From a virus: DNA of 64,000 nt. A program made the translations under genes and the position numbers. How positions within the stretch are numbered: the first letter of the stretch is position 1; the number at the start of each line of letters is the position of its first letter. The stretch is from the IMG/VR virus record IMGVR_UViG_3300045988_155520, positions 96,001 through 160,000 of that record. The stretch is one strand, 5' to 3'. Below the pieces are notes generated by a model, which saw only the letters and a program-made list of their open reading frames with translations, was not told the DNA's origin and did no database searches. Positions 63,441 to 64,000 of the stretch are shown piece by piece.

Positions 63441-63640
63441 TCTATCAAAACGAAATTAATACGTTATTTTTATTATAAATATATCAATCTTTTTAAAAAT
63501 TATCTGTAAAGTAAGGTATTACATACAGTGAACTACACTTTTTTTAAAAAATTATGTGCTTCGGGCTTCACAGAGGAATGGTCTTTCGAAAGATTGACTC
63601 TTACTTCCTCTCCACCCGTGTAATCGACAGTCCCTGCCGA
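63441..63640 (-). ncRNA. candidate TnpB omega-RNA (reRNA) region
   Basis: Nested hairpins at the tnpB 3' end: AGAGGAA (63572-63578) pairs with TTCCTCT (63605-63611), enclosing the 12-nt palindrome TCTTTCGAAAGA (63582-63593). Extent not resolvable. Confidence 0.3.
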
Positions 63641-64000
63641 TATGTTATTATTTAATCCGATACGAAGAATGTTAATTGCTGCATTCACATCACGGTCATG
63701 ATGCGTGTGACAAACTGGACATTCCCATTCTCGAACTGACAAATCTTTTATATCTTTGTTTACATACCCACAGACATTGCAAGTCTGAGAGGATGGGAAG
63801 TATCGGTCTACCTTAACAACCTTCTTGTCATTCCATTCTGCCTTATAGGTAAGCATGGAAACAAATTTACCCCAACTTGCATCAGTAATGGACTTGGCAA
63901 GACGATGATTTTTTGTCATACCCTTAACATTCAAATCCTCTATGCAGATAGTGTCATATCTTCTTACAAGAGAAATAGAACACTTATGCAGATAGTCGGC
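63533..64000 (-). CDS. tnpB: TnpB (IS200/IS605-family RNA-guided nuclease), C-terminal part; the ORF runs off the window
   Basis: The frame stays open to position 64000. ICIEDLNVKGMTKNHRLAKSI (RuvC-II Glu), SSQTCNVCGY..CPVCHTHHDRDVNAAINI (Zn ribbon and RuvC-III Asp). Confidence 0.85.
   Translation of the reverse strand, partial: ADYLHKCSISLVRRYDTICIEDLNVKGMTKNHRLAKSITDASWGKFVSMLTYKAEWNDKKVVKVDRYFPSSQTCNVCGYVNKDIKDLSVREWECPVCHTHHDRDVNAAINILRIGLNNNISAGTVDYTGGEEVRVNLSKDHSSVKPEAHNFLKKV

Larger units (their letters stand above)
63441..64000 (-). mobile_element. IS200/IS605-type element (only the tnpB 3' part is visible), right end unresolved
   Basis: tnpB plus 92 nt of spacer before the scaffold gene start. 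A sampled line (63601-63660) has 26/60 G+C against about 15-17/60 in typical neighbouring lines. Confidence 0.5.

Noticed and set aside
1-64000. tRNA/rRNA genes and stop-codon reassignment
   Set aside because: No G+C-rich cloverleaf-like intergenic segments were seen. All long ORFs (up to 1168 aa) are intact under the standard code, so no TAG or TGA recoding is needed in this window.

Overview
This AT-rich window (sampled lines about 25-30% G+C, higher in major virion genes) looks like part of a large contractile-tailed phage genome with a T4-type core. It encodes a gp23-like major capsid protein (59877-61901, -), an acidic scaffold-like gene upstream of it, and an unusually long gp18-like tail sheath (7519-11022, -). 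It also encodes a gp19-like tail tube, a gp5-like OB-fold hub/spike protein, a possible gp26-like hub protein, a gp55-like late sigma candidate, a family B DNA polymerase, an SNF2 helicase and a dUTPase. Two tail-fibre loci (22.7-32.9 kb and 52.2-56.9 kb) are present. Seven promoters match the Bacteroidota TAnnTTTG -7 box; six of them also show the -33 element at exactly 20 nt (five TTTG, one CTTG), and start codons lack Shine-Dalgarno sequences, which points to a Bacteroidota host. Accessory content includes two large paralogous homing-endonuclease-like genes beside the sheath/tube and capsid genes, and a small Vsr-like endonuclease gene. There are also four glycosyltransferase-like genes, a kinase-like plus ART-like gene pair inside the neck/tail operon, and a 151-aa 2H phosphoesterase that is a candidate Acb1-like anti-CBASS enzyme. 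A partial TnpB lies at the right edge with structured RNA potential. A 125-nt stretch with no G or C separates two divergent modules. At least seven proteins share an N-terminal helix with (L/I)xE motifs like a T4 capsid-targeting sequence. No tRNA, rRNA or CRISPR array was seen. All function calls come from motifs read by eye and remembered family signatures. No searches were run, and the hairpin and motif coordinates were indexed by hand.
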